A DNA stretch of 33,891 bases, from NCBI GenBank assembly GCA_035548435.1, contig DASZSY010000001.1, positions 1 to 33,891 on the forward strand, in the 5' to 3' direction. Shown here in pieces: positions 9,473-18,908 of this stretch. This DNA is from Candidatus Nanoarchaeia archaeon (GTDB taxonomy: Archaea > Nanobdellota > Nanobdellia > Pacearchaeales > GW2011-AR1). Made by a program: the position numbers and the translations under genes. The notes under the pieces are model-generated. The model was not told where the DNA came from and searched no databases. It saw only the letters and a list, made by a program, of their open reading frames with translations. How positions within the stretch are numbered: position 1 is the stretch's first letter; each line of letters starts with the position of its first letter.

Positions 9473-9497
9473 TTATATTCGAAGAAAGAGAATATAA
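9473..9497. promoter_or_regulatory. Inverted repeat (9-7-9) over the promoter of pilin-LamG gene 1
   Basis: TTATATTCG-aagaaag-AGAATATAA (8/9), overlapping the minus-strand TATA. Confidence 0.5.
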
Positions 9498-9522
9498 AGG
9501 TTATCTTAAGGGGAGTTTATCT

Positions 9523-10593
9523 CTATCTGTACTTGTTACGTATTTTATCTATTTCAGTTGGAGTTAAAACTCTGTTGAAAAACATAACTTCATCAACATT
9601 TCCATCAAAACCAGAACCTATTCTTAGGGGGTTGGTAGGGAAAGTCATCTGAACAAGATTGTTAAAAGAATTTGAACTTGAGTTATAATATATTATAGAT
9701 TTGTCAGAAGAGTAGCTTGCAGCAATAAATTCCCAAGTGTTAAGGTTTTTAGTTGCAGGAATTGAAACTGTATTTTGATTGCCTGTTGTTTTAGTTATAA
9801 GTTGCCATGTTGCTGTAGCTCCATCATAACCTAAAGTAAATCCTGTCGAAGTATCTGACCTATCAACTATCTTACTAAATCCGTTTGTAGGCAAGCTTCT
9901 AGGATTAACCCATGCAACTATTGTAAATAAGTTTGTAGTGAATGCTGCATCGTTTACAGCTTCATAATAATCTGATGTAGTTCCCCCCAATCTTGTAGAT
10001 CCAGCCCCAACTTTCTTTAGGTTTGAATCATATACTACATTTCCATTAGGAGTGCAATTAAGGCCACTGACATAATCTATGCAAAGTGAGTCATCAAATT
10101 TCCAGTGAGCTATAATACTTGAAGGAAATTGGTATGGAGTTTTATTTGCAATTGGCTGTTCTATAGGTATTCCGTATAAGTCTGTAGTTGTTCCATTTTG
10201 TCTAAATATCGGAGTTATTGTTATAAAATACACATCATAAATTAAAGGGTCTGTAAAATTAAGTTGAACTTTTCTTGCTTCATATTCTCCAAGACTAAAG
10301 TTTTGTCTGAATGTTTTAACATTTCCTTCCTGGTCAGTAAGTCCCACCATAAATCCAACCAAATCTCCTTCTCCTGCATCTCTTGCCACATTAAGAGAAA
10401 CAGAGTCAGTGTTAGGATCATATGCAACGCTATCTGCTCTAACTGAAAGCTTTGTGGTATATGCCTGTGAATCAAGCACCGATGCTTTTTGTACAAGAGG
10501 CAAAACATATTTCCATATTATTGCCACAGCAGCCATAACCACGAGTATTATCAAAATTGCCACAACCACATCAGAAAGTCCCCTCTTTGACAT
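9523..10593 (-). CDS. Archaeal type IV pilin-like protein with C-terminal LamG-like jellyroll (paralogue)
   Basis: KRG/LSDVVVAILII; HWKFDD, FTIVAWVNP, FDGNVDEVMFFNRVLTPTEI. Confidence 0.85.
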   Translation of the reverse strand: MSKRGLSDVVVAILIILVVMAAVAIIWKYVLPLVQKASVLDSQAYTTKLSVRADSVAYDPNTDSVSLNVARDAGEGDLVGFMVGLTDQEGNVKTFRQNFSLGEYEARKVQLNFTDPLIYDVYFITITPIFRQNGTTTDLYGIPIEQPIANKTPYQFPSSIIAHWKFDDSLCIDYVSGLNCTPNGNVVYDSNLKKVGAGSTRLGGTTSDYYEAVNDAAFTTNLFTIVAWVNPRSLPTNGFSKIVDRSDTSTGFTLGYDGATATWQLITKTTGNQNTVSIPATKNLNTWEFIAASYSSDKSIIYYNSSSNSFNNLVQMTFPTNPLRIGSGFDGNVDEVMFFNRVLTPTEIDKIRNKYR

Positions 10594-10596
10594 GAG

Positions 10597-10621
10597 TTAT
10601 ATTCGACAAATGCGAATATAA
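10597..10621. promoter_or_regulatory. Inverted repeat (9-7-9) over the promoter of pilin-LamG gene 2
   Basis: TTATATTCG-acaaatg-CGAATATAA, a perfect 9-bp arm pair. Confidence 0.55.
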
Positions 10622-10673
10622 AGGTTATTATTAGCTTACCAACATATATAAAAATAAGAAAACAAAGGTAATT

Positions 10674-12095
10674 ATGAAAATGGAATTTGAAAAGGTTAAG
10701 TTAACAAATACTGCAACAAGAAAGAAGGAAAATTTTGTTTCAATTAAACCCGGGAAAGTTGGACTTTACACATGTGGGCCTACAGTTTACAGCAGAGCAC
10801 ACATAGGAAATATGAGGGCATATATTTTTGCAGACATACTAAGAAGAACTTTAGAATATGCAGGCTATGAAGTAAATCATGTAATGAATATAACTGATGT
10901 AGGTCATTTAACTTCAGATGCTGATGAAGGAGAAGATAAAATGGCTGCAGCCGCAAGAAAAGAAAGAGCCACTGCCTGGCAGGTTGCAGAAAGATATACA
11001 GTTCAATTTTTTGAAGATGAATCTAAGTTAAACATAAAGAAACCTAAGGTAATATGTAAAGCTACAGATCACATAAAAGAGCAGATTGAGTTAATAAAAA
11101 AACTTGAGGCAAAAGGCTATGTCTATAAAACTGCAGATGGAATATATTTCAACACTTCAAAATTCTCTCATTATGGAGATTTGGCAAAGCTTGACATAAA
11201 GGGACTACAAGCAGGAAGTAGAATTGGAATGGGAGATAAGCAAAACAAAACTGACTTCGCTCTCTGGAAATTTTCAACTGCTGGAGAAAAGAGAGATATG
11301 GAATGGGATTCTCCCTGGGGCAAAGGATTTCCAGGATGGCACATTGAATGTAGTGCAATGTCCATGAAATATCTTGGAGACACATTCGATATTCACACCG
11401 GAGGAATAGACCATATTCCAATACACCATACCAATGAGATTGCCCAATCAGAATGTGCAACTGGAAAACATTTTGTTAACTATTGGCTTCATTCAGATTT
11501 TCTTGTAATGACTGACAAAGAAAAAATGAGCAAATCTCTTGGAAATGTAATAAATCTTGGAACACTAGAAGAAAAAAAGATAAATCCTTTGGCCTACAGA
11601 TATCTGTGTTTGAATTCTCACTATAGAAAAAGACTTTTATTTGATGAGAAGATACTAGACAGTGCAGTTAAAGCATATAACAGATTTGTAGAAAAGATTT
11701 CTTCATTTAAAGATCAAAATGTTTCTCCAGCAAATATAGAAGATTTGTCTTCAAAAGGAAAGTCATATCTTAAGGAATTCAAGGCAGCCATATTCGATGA
11801 TTTAAACACTCCAAATGCTCTAGCTTCAATGTGGACAATGCTTAGAGATACTAAACTTGAAGATAGCGAGAAATATGGTCTAGTAAAAGAATTTGACAAA
11901 GTTCTTGCTTTAGGCATAGATTCAATCTCTTCTAATTCTCAAGTTCCTAAAGAAGTTGAAGTTCTTGTAAAGCAAAGAGAAGAATTCAGAAAGTCAAAAG
12001 ATTGGGCTGGAGCAGACGGGGCAAGAAAGAAAATAACTTCTCTAGGTTATGAAGTAAGTGATACTCCTCAAGGTCCTAAAGTAAAAAAGATTTAA
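10674..12095 (+). CDS. cysS: Cysteine--tRNA ligase
   Basis: YTCGPTVYSRAHIGN, DFALWK, GFPGWHIECSAM, DIHTGGIDHIPIHHTNEIAQ, KMSKS. Confidence 0.97.
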   Translation: MKMEFEKVKLTNTATRKKENFVSIKPGKVGLYTCGPTVYSRAHIGNMRAYIFADILRRTLEYAGYEVNHVMNITDVGHLTSDADEGEDKMAAAARKERATAWQVAERYTVQFFEDESKLNIKKPKVICKATDHIKEQIELIKKLEAKGYVYKTADGIYFNTSKFSHYGDLAKLDIKGLQAGSRIGMGDKQNKTDFALWKFSTAGEKRDMEWDSPWGKGFPGWHIECSAMSMKYLGDTFDIHTGGIDHIPIHHTNEIAQSECATGKHFVNYWLHSDFLVMTDKEKMSKSLGNVINLGTLEEKKINPLAYRYLCLNSHYRKRLLFDEKILDSAVKAYNRFVEKISSFKDQNVSPANIEDLSSKGKSYLKEFKAAIFDDLNTPNALASMWTMLRDTKLEDSEKYGLVKEFDKVLALGIDSISSNSQVPKEVEVLVKQREEFRKSKDWAGADGARKKITSLGYEVSDTPQGPKVKKI

Positions 12096-12120
12096 ATACT
12101 ACTAAGTATTACTAGGTAAT

Positions 12121-12348
12121 ATGGAGAGCATAAGTCTGAAATTAGAAGAGAATTTTCTAAAAGCAATTGAGAAAGTTATGAAAGCACATAATTATACAAC
12201 TAAAACTGAATTTATTAGAGAATCAATAAGAGATAAGATAAGTGAACTGGAAGAGAAAGAGATTTTAGGCAACAAAGAGTTGATGAAACAATTGAAAGAA
12301 AGTGAAAAGAATTTTAAGAAAGGCAAAGGCAAGGAATTTAAGTATTAA
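12121..12348 (+). CDS. Ribbon-helix-helix (CopG-like) putative antitoxin
   Basis: ISLKLEENFLKAIEKVMKAHNYTTKTEFIRESIRDKI followed by ELMKQLKESEK. Confidence 0.75.
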   Translation: MESISLKLEENFLKAIEKVMKAHNYTTKTEFIRESIRDKISELEEKEILGNKELMKQLKESEKNFKKGKGKEFKY

Positions 12349-12349
12349 T

Positions 12350-12607
12350 TCAGTATACTTTATGGGTCCCCACAACCAAAACTTCAATAATTTTATTTAA
12401 ATCATCTATTCGATATATCATTCTAATATTTGATCCAAGCCAACAAGCCCATCTTCCAGATAGTTCTCCCTTTAATGGGTGAGCTCCACAATTTCTCCTA
12501 GGATCTTCTCTTAATTTGTCTAGTTTATATTTAACATCGTTTCTCAATACTAAATAAGCATTAAGTTTTCTTTCAACTTTAGGGCTTGCAGTATATATTT
12601 TATACAC
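12350..12607 (-). CDS. RelE/ParE/YoeB-superfamily toxin
   Basis: GAHPLKGELSGRWACWLGSNIRMIYRIDD..IIEVLVVGTHKVY. Confidence 0.8.
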   Translation of the reverse strand: MYKIYTASPKVERKLNAYLVLRNDVKYKLDKLREDPRRNCGAHPLKGELSGRWACWLGSNIRMIYRIDDLNKIIEVLVVGTHKVY

Positions 12608-12641
12608 TTAAACTATAGGTGATTAATTTTAATAAATCTTA

Positions 12642-14507
12642 TTAGAAGCTTAGTTCAAATTCCCCAAGGTGTTTCTTGAGTGTTTCAAATAGTTTTGCTG
12701 ATATTGTTGTTTGTAGTTTTCCTTTTTGCTCTGTTAGTGCTTTCTCAAATGCTTCTTTTGTTGTTGTTTTTAGTTCTCTCTCAGTGATTTCTCTTATTGA
12801 TTGATTTTCAATTATGTAGTTAACATCTCCAAGAATAACAAGTTCAGCTTTTCTATTTCCAGAATAAGTTATTTGCAAGTTTGTTTTCTCTCCCTTTATC
12901 AAATCTGCTCTTTGTCCATATTCAACTAGTGCCTGTATTAATTCAAGAGCATCTCTCTTTACTCTGTCAACTTCCTTAGGAGATAGTTTTCCAGATTTAA
13001 CTTTATTCTTCATTGCAAGAAGCTCTTTTAGAACTCCAGCGAATCTTGGCTGTATCTTTCCTTTCTTTATCATCTTTGTTTGGAAAGAAGTCATTAGTTG
13101 AGATTGAGACTGGTTTCCAAAGAATGTTTTAAGCAAGGTGAAAACATTTCCATATATTTCTTCAGCGCTTTTTTCAGACATTTTCTTTTCCAGTTTCTTT
13201 TGTATTTCTTTTAATGCAATATTATACTTTTTAGCTTGTCCAAGCAGTTCATCAACTTCTTTTCCTGGGAAAGACTTGAGTTTTCCATGTTCATAATCTT
13301 TGTAAAGTGAAACTGTTTTATCAAGAATCTTTAGCAAATCAGCACTCATTACTTTTTCCTGTTCAACAAGAACCTTCTTTACTTCAGCAACAATTACTTT
13401 AGGAACTGGTGGAGCTTCTCCAGCTAACATCATTAAAGCCTGTGTTGGCGTTACAACTCCCCAATATATGTCTACCATGGCATCAAGCAATCTTCTTTTA
13501 ACAAAGTCATCGGTTTGCTCTCCCTGTTTCATATAAAGTTCAATTGCTTCTGGGCTTGGCTTTATCTTACCCATCTTAAGAAGAAGTTTCCAAGGAATGA
13601 ATGTTCCTCTATCATATAACGGAATTCCATCTCTTATGAAAGTGAAGTGAACTGGGTGCGCATCCTTTACAGATTGCCAGAAGTCTGTAAGAAGATATAC
13701 TTGAACGTTTAGTATGTTTGTAACTCCAGCCAAAGCGTTTGCTTCTCTTATGTAATCAAGAATCATTCCTCTTAATTTCTCAAGCAAGTCAATTCTATTC
13801 ATTCTCTTTACATCAGTATCATCAATTACAACAAAAACGTCAACATCAGAATCTTTATCTGCAGTTCCTCTTACAAGACTTCCTGCAATAACATAACTTG
13901 CAACATATTTATCGAACTTTCTTAAAACTAAAGACTTGTGTATGTTTGCAACTCTAAGTGCTCCTAAAAATCCTTTATCATAAAGAGGCAATGAAGCAGA
14001 AACAGCATCAAGCATTTCAAATCTGCTGTCAAGTCCATAATTCCAAAGATCAACCGGTGTTCTAATTACTATCCAAACATTTTCTCCAGTTTCTTTAGCT
14101 AGTTTAACAACTTCAGGTTTTATCTTAGGTATATTTTTGTATTCTTCTTCTGGAATAACCATTGTTAATATTATTGGGTTTGTTTGAGCAACTTCTTTTG
14201 GAATATTATCTTCTTCTTCAAAAAGTCCAAGTGCAGAAGGAGGAGCTATTGAAAGTGCAATAGTAAATGAGTATTTCTTTACAACAGCCTTTTTGAAACC
14301 TTCAAGATTTGATTTGAGTTTTTCAACATCAATTTGTGGAGCTGTAGGTTTTTGTACAGGCATAGGCATGTGAGGCATGTTAGACATTGTCATGTGAGGC
14401 ATTTGAGGAATGTTCATCATAGGATTTGATTGAGCCATTGGGGCAATTGGAGCGGTAGGAGCTTGTGTTTTGTTTTCTTTAGAATTTCTATCTTGTTTCT
14501 TCCCCAT
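12642..14507 (-). CDS. Nucleotidyltransferase (Pol-beta superfamily) domain protein with helical C-terminal domains
   Basis: IAGSLVRGTADKDSDVDVFVVIDD; M/P/Q-rich N-terminus. Confidence 0.75.
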   Translation of the reverse strand: MGKKQDRNSKENKTQAPTAPIAPMAQSNPMMNIPQMPHMTMSNMPHMPMPVQKPTAPQIDVEKLKSNLEGFKKAVVKKYSFTIALSIAPPSALGLFEEEDNIPKEVAQTNPIILTMVIPEEEYKNIPKIKPEVVKLAKETGENVWIVIRTPVDLWNYGLDSRFEMLDAVSASLPLYDKGFLGALRVANIHKSLVLRKFDKYVASYVIAGSLVRGTADKDSDVDVFVVIDDTDVKRMNRIDLLEKLRGMILDYIREANALAGVTNILNVQVYLLTDFWQSVKDAHPVHFTFIRDGIPLYDRGTFIPWKLLLKMGKIKPSPEAIELYMKQGEQTDDFVKRRLLDAMVDIYWGVVTPTQALMMLAGEAPPVPKVIVAEVKKVLVEQEKVMSADLLKILDKTVSLYKDYEHGKLKSFPGKEVDELLGQAKKYNIALKEIQKKLEKKMSEKSAEEIYGNVFTLLKTFFGNQSQSQLMTSFQTKMIKKGKIQPRFAGVLKELLAMKNKVKSGKLSPKEVDRVKRDALELIQALVEYGQRADLIKGEKTNLQITYSGNRKAELVILGDVNYIIENQSIREITERELKTTTKEAFEKALTEQKGKLQTTISAKLFETLKKHLGEFELSF

Positions 14508-14580
14508 ATCGTTATTTAAGGAAAGGGATATATAAAACTATCTTGAAAGGTTTTATATAAAGGAAAAATGTAAAGCTATT

Positions 14581-15123
14581 ATGTTTAGAGATTTTCAAAG
14601 AGGATATCTTCCTGAATTTGTTTATGGAGGTATTGATGGAACAATTACTACTTTTGCAGTTGTTTCAGGAGCTTTGGGAGCATCACTCTCAAGTTCAGTT
14701 GTAATAATAATGGGAGTTGCCAATCTTGTTGCCGATGGTTTTTCAATGGCAGTTGCAAACTATCTTTCAGTAAAATCCATGAAAGATCTTTCAAGGAGCA
14801 AGAAAATGCCTGGAGCTATTGCCCAGGAGTTCAAACACCCTATGAAAGCTGCAAGTGCAACATATATTTCATTTATTCTTCTAGGTTTAATTCCTCTTCT
14901 TCCTTTTATAATAAATGCAGTTCTTGACGGTTCAAATGCAAGCGGATTTTATTATTCCATATTCTTTACAGCCCTAGCTTTTCTTTCAATAGGAGCAATA
15001 AAGGGATTTGTTGTAAGAAAACATTGGTTCCAGTCGGCAATAGAAACTTTGATAATAGGAAGTATCGCTGCTGCGTTTGCTTTTGGAGCAGGATATTACA
15101 TAGAGAGTCTTCTTAATCACTAA
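14581..15123 (+). CDS. VIT1/CCC1 family transporter
   Basis: EFVYGGIDGTITTFAVVSG, GVANLVADGFSMAVANYLS. Confidence 0.9.
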   Translation: MFRDFQRGYLPEFVYGGIDGTITTFAVVSGALGASLSSSVVIIMGVANLVADGFSMAVANYLSVKSMKDLSRSKKMPGAIAQEFKHPMKAASATYISFILLGLIPLLPFIINAVLDGSNASGFYYSIFFTALAFLSIGAIKGFVVRKHWFQSAIETLIIGSIAAAFAFGAGYYIESLLNH

Positions 15124-15164
15124 TTTATAGATAGTCTTAAATATCGCTTCTTTGCAGTGTTTTT

Positions 15165-16181
15165 ATGACATTCAATAGAAAACTTCTAGATGCAGACCTT
15201 TACTATAATAGATCAAGAATAGTCAGAGCAGATCTACAAAATCATTTCAGAGTTGGCAGCGGAGTCAAAGACACTGACCTTGAAAGAGCTGCAGTTCATG
15301 CCACAAAAGCTGATAAATTAGGTATTGGTGGAGTTACATGTTTAGTTAATTGTGAAGATGCAAGATTTGAAGAAACAGTAGAAAAAGCAAAGAAGAGAGG
15401 AAAAACTTTAATTCATTCTTTAGGCGCAAATGCAGTTTATCTTCCAGAAATGAATAGCTTCATGGTTGTGAAAGGACAAGAAATTCAAACTCCACAAGGA
15501 CACGTTTTGCTTATTGGAGTCCAGAGAGACACATATCTTATGCATAATGTTCCATTCAAAGAAAGAAAATTGGTAGACGTGCTAAAAGCAGCAAAACAAG
15601 CAGGAGCAATTGCAGTAATAGATCATCCTTTCTACAGGGGAGGAATATTCCATACAGATTCTCCTGCAGGAATAAATCATAGATTATCAAGACAAGAAAT
15701 GAAAGAACTTGTTTTCGGATACGAAATATACAATGGAGCAGCAAACTTTTCTCTACCTAAGATTGCTCCAAGCTATGCAAATGAAAAAGCGTTTGATGAG
15801 TTCAATAGAATTGGAGGATTAAGAGATACTTTCCCTTCTCTGCATACAATAGTAACTTCAGATGGTCACTCATTTTGGGAGATTGGTTCTTCAAATATGG
15901 ACCTGCCTATGCCAGTTTATTACACTGAAATGGATTCAAGTGAAAAAGTTGTAGATGCATTAAAATATGGAATAGAGCAAGCAAATAGAAGAAGTTTGTC
16001 TGTACAACATTCACATTCTAGTCTTGGAGGAGCTTTAACCTTCAGTTCTCTAGCAGGTTTAAGGTTAACAGGTATTCTAGCAAACAAATTACCTTCTTCT
16101 TTAGCAAAACCGATAAAAGAATTCTACGATGCAAGCCAAGGTAGAAAATATCAAGGTCCTAATTATACTCCCAATCACTAA
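15165..16181 (+). CDS. PHP-family metallophosphoesterase-like protein
   Basis: DLQNH, GQEIQTPQGHVLLIG, IDHPF, EIYNG, SDGHS. Confidence 0.75.
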   Translation: MTFNRKLLDADLYYNRSRIVRADLQNHFRVGSGVKDTDLERAAVHATKADKLGIGGVTCLVNCEDARFEETVEKAKKRGKTLIHSLGANAVYLPEMNSFMVVKGQEIQTPQGHVLLIGVQRDTYLMHNVPFKERKLVDVLKAAKQAGAIAVIDHPFYRGGIFHTDSPAGINHRLSRQEMKELVFGYEIYNGAANFSLPKIAPSYANEKAFDEFNRIGGLRDTFPSLHTIVTSDGHSFWEIGSSNMDLPMPVYYTEMDSSEKVVDALKYGIEQANRRSLSVQHSHSSLGGALTFSSLAGLRLTGILANKLPSSLAKPIKEFYDASQGRKYQGPNYTPNH

Positions 16182-16244
16182 CTATTTTTAATATATATTT
16201 TAGATAACCTAAGTGGTTTTAAAGAGAGCCTTCCAATAAAAATA

Positions 16245-16616
16245 ATGAGTTTTACTCTCACTCAGGTTAGAGACAATCTAAGACAACGTCTTGATTCAAA
16301 CGGTTCTTCTGGTTTATATGATGCTGAAATAACTTCTGCAGGAAGATCAGATTTCATTTCTCTTTATGATGCGGGAACAAGAAAGTCATTTTTAGGAAAG
16401 AGATATGGCGGTGTTTTAAGAGCTAAGGTGGAAGTAGTTTTAAGAGATACACAAAGAAGATATGAAAATGGAACAATCGGAACAGTGCAATCAAGAATAG
16501 ATGGAATTTCAGATTTAGATTTAAGACTCATGGCTGAAGGAAGATATGAAGCTCCCGAGAAAAAGAATGGAAAGTCTGATATAGTGCCTCCTACAACCGG
16601 GGTAGGGCTTCTATAA
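16245..16616 (+). CDS. Hypothetical protein
   Basis: 123-aa ORF ending upstream of the tRNA promoter. Confidence 0.55.
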   Translation: MSFTLTQVRDNLRQRLDSNGSSGLYDAEITSAGRSDFISLYDAGTRKSFLGKRYGGVLRAKVEVVLRDTQRRYENGTIGTVQSRIDGISDLDLRLMAEGRYEAPEKKNGKSDIVPPTTGVGLL

Positions 16617-16660
16617 GCCACCTTAAACATTTAAAAACCCGTTTTAGCTCTGATTTACAA

Positions 16661-16697
16661 GGCCTCATAGTCTAGTGGCAAAACGACTCGTTTACAC
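16661..16697 (+). pseudogene. 5' half of host tRNA-Val(TAC) = attL
   Basis: GGCCTCATAGTCTAGTGGCAAAACGACTCGTTTACAC, identical to 29916-29952; TATA TTTAAAAA at 16630-16637. Confidence 0.93.
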
Positions 16698-16764
16698 ATA
16701 GTGTATCCTATAAGTTATCTTAAGAAATAGCAATGTTTTTATACTAATAGACTATAATATATAC

Positions 16765-18000
16765 ATGTATAAAGAGAGATATATAAAACGTAAACAAGCA
16801 CTATTATCAGACCTAAGTATTAATCCTATTAATCTTGAAGTAATCAACAAGTTTCTAACCTTTGAAGAGTATAAGCTAAAGAGAAAGCAAGGATTAACAG
16901 AGGTAGATGAAAGGTCTTACAAAACTCTGTATGGATATTCTGGCAGACTTAGAACCCTGAATCGTTGGTTTAACAATAAGCCTTGGGCTGAACTAACTAT
17001 TGAGGACATCAAGAAGCTTATAGATGATTTAGAAGATGGAAAAATTATTAATCAATATGGTAAAAGATACATGGACCGAAGTTTATACTACCAAATGCTT
17101 CAGGGGAAATTGTTTAGTTTAGTTGGGAAAAGTCACATTGCAAGAGAGATAATTGAGGAGTTCTCTATAAGAGGCAGAGAGTTTGGGAATGAGGTAAGAT
17201 ACATTGATGAAGAATCATTTAGAAAGATTGTTGATTGTGCTATAACTCCAGAACAGAAATGTTTGTTATGGTTGGCTTTTGATGTTGGAGAAAATATTAA
17301 TTCTTTGTTAGCAATTACAAAGGCAGATATAAGAAAACAAATTAATACAACCACCAATGAACCAGAATATCTTGTTATTCTTAGTAAAGACATACTGAAA
17401 AGAAGCAGAACACCAAGAAGCGAACTAACTAATTACAAAGAGACAGCAAGATACTTAGATATTGTTTTAGCAAATCTAAAACCAGCGCACAAAAGAACAG
17501 CTAACAAGTTTATGTCCAGCACCCATCTTTCACAGGTCCATGAAGATGATAAATTATTCAAGTTTGCTTTCAAATCAGCAGAAAAGTTTCTAAAGAGAGC
17601 AGTAGAACTGGCAGGAATAAGATGTTTACCAGCAGGACAAAGAGTAACTTGGAAAGACTTGAGAAGTAGTATGGCTTGTGATTTATTAAAGAAAGGATGG
17701 AGTAGAGACGAAGTTAATGCTAGGTTAGGACATCGTCCTTCTTCCAGAATAATTGATAGATACATCAATTATTTAGCCTTAGATAAAACAAAACCAAAGA
17801 AAATAGTCTATGAAGGAAACATACATAAATTAGAAATTGAATTGGAAAGACATAAAGAAATGAATAAGCTTTCAGCTTTAAGATTTGAGTCACTAAAGAG
17901 AGAGCAAGACCAACTCAAAGAATCATTTAGACTATTCATGGCTAATGCAAAAGTGGAGCTTAAGGGAATTGTTCAAGAGGTGGATGAATTATATCTCTAA
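16765..18000 (+). CDS. Tyrosine integrase (atypical active site)
   Basis: Adjacent to attL; WKDLRSSMACDLL..GWSRDEVNARLGHRPSSRIIDRY; box I reads DVGENINSLL. Confidence 0.85.
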   Translation: MYKERYIKRKQALLSDLSINPINLEVINKFLTFEEYKLKRKQGLTEVDERSYKTLYGYSGRLRTLNRWFNNKPWAELTIEDIKKLIDDLEDGKIINQYGKRYMDRSLYYQMLQGKLFSLVGKSHIAREIIEEFSIRGREFGNEVRYIDEESFRKIVDCAITPEQKCLLWLAFDVGENINSLLAITKADIRKQINTTTNEPEYLVILSKDILKRSRTPRSELTNYKETARYLDIVLANLKPAHKRTANKFMSSTHLSQVHEDDKLFKFAFKSAEKFLKRAVELAGIRCLPAGQRVTWKDLRSSMACDLLKKGWSRDEVNARLGHRPSSRIIDRYINYLALDKTKPKKIVYEGNIHKLEIELERHKEMNKLSALRFESLKREQDQLKESFRLFMANAKVELKGIVQEVDELYL

Positions 18001-18001
18001 T

Positions 18002-18184
18002 ATGAAAATAGATATTACACTAAGTTATAATGGAAAGAAGATGACTGAGAAGCAAAAGAAAATAGCATTTGACGCAACAAAGCAATTGATAAGTGTAATA
18101 GGAAAGGCATATGAAGATTCTATTACCAAGATAGACATTAAGCCAACAGATAAAAAGGTTTATTGTAAAATTGTGTTAAAATAA
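18002..18184 (+). CDS. Small hypothetical protein
   Basis: ATG 1 nt after the int stop (MKIDITLSY...). Confidence 0.5.
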   Translation: MKIDITLSYNGKKMTEKQKKIAFDATKQLISVIGKAYEDSITKIDIKPTDKKVYCKIVLK

Positions 18185-18192
18185 TATTGTTA

Positions 18193-18462
18193 TTAATAAT
18201 TTTCAAATAGCTTTAGAACTTCTTTTCCTCTAAGAGTAGTCTTCAATACGGCTCTGTTAGTCTTTGGAACTTTGCTTCTTGTTATAAGTTCAAGTTCTAT
18301 AAGTCTTGATAAGTGTATTCTTGTATTCAAAGCTCCCATTTCTAAATGGTCTTTTAGCCACATAACTCCAACATCTTTTTTGTTATCTATAGTCTTAAGA
18401 ATAACCAAATCTAATCCGTTGATGTAGGTTTTACTTCTTACGCCTTTCTCTCTTTGAACCAT
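18193..18462 (-). CDS. Winged-helix transcription regulator (MarR/ArsR-like)
   Basis: LDLVILKTI, WLKDHLEMGALNTRIHLSRLIELELITRSK, LKTTLRGKEVLK. Confidence 0.7.
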   Translation of the reverse strand: MVQREKGVRSKTYINGLDLVILKTIDNKKDVGVMWLKDHLEMGALNTRIHLSRLIELELITRSKVPKTNRAVLKTTLRGKEVLKLFENY

Positions 18463-18552
18463 GACATATGATATTGATTTGGTTATATAAATGTTTAGAT
18501 TATATGTTATAAAATAGTATTATATACTCAGTAGCATAAGTTTAAATATAAG

Positions 18553-18570
18553 TGACTACTGAATAGACAA
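18553..18570 (+). repeat. 18-bp repeat copy 1 (putative operator)
   Basis: TGACTACTGAATAGACAA, identical to 20981-20998, next to TTTAAATA at 18541-18548. Confidence 0.75.
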
Positions 18571-18587
18571 ATACACAATGTAGTACT

Positions 18588-18743
18588 ATGGACAATCAAT
18601 TCAGTATTGAAAAGAGAAAAGAGCTAATAAAGCTTAAGGTAGAGCGATTAATTTCAAAGATAGAAGAGTATTCAGCAATGAATCTGAAAGAAGATAATAA
18701 AGTTCCCTTAGTTTTGTCTAAACCTAATAGTGCTTCCCCTTGA
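18588..18743 (+). CDS. 51-aa small protein divergent from the wHTH gene
   Basis: MDNQFSIEKRKELIKLKVERLISKIEEY...; downstream of TATA at 18541; absent from the ORF track. Confidence 0.4.
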   Translation: MDNQFSIEKRKELIKLKVERLISKIEEYSAMNLKEDNKVPLVLSKPNSASP

Positions 18744-18908
18744 ATGGTCTTTCCAACCAACAACAGAATATCCTCTTTTCTCTAGGAGTTCTTGAATCTC
18801 AGTTGCACACTTTATAGACTTATATTCTGCTAACTCTCTTTTTGTTTTGCTTAACTTCGAAAACGGAATTGCAGAAGACTTAACACTTATTTTAATTGAA
18901 TACGTCAT
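18708..18908 (-). CDS. Small hypothetical protein
   Basis: 66-aa ORF overlapping the end of the Xer-like gene. Confidence 0.4.
   Translation of the reverse strand: MTYSIKISVKSSAIPFSKLSKTKRELAEYKSIKCATEIQELLEKRGYSVVGWKDHSRGSTIRFRQN

Noticed and set aside
8387-10593. Diversity-generating retroelement target/template pair
   Set aside because: No reverse transcriptase and no adenine-specific near-identical repeat pair; the similarity is ordinary paralogy.
16765-18000. SSV1-type split integrase (intN/intC)
   Set aside because: The integrase ORF is intact and starts 67 nt after attL; no int fragment is seen at attR.
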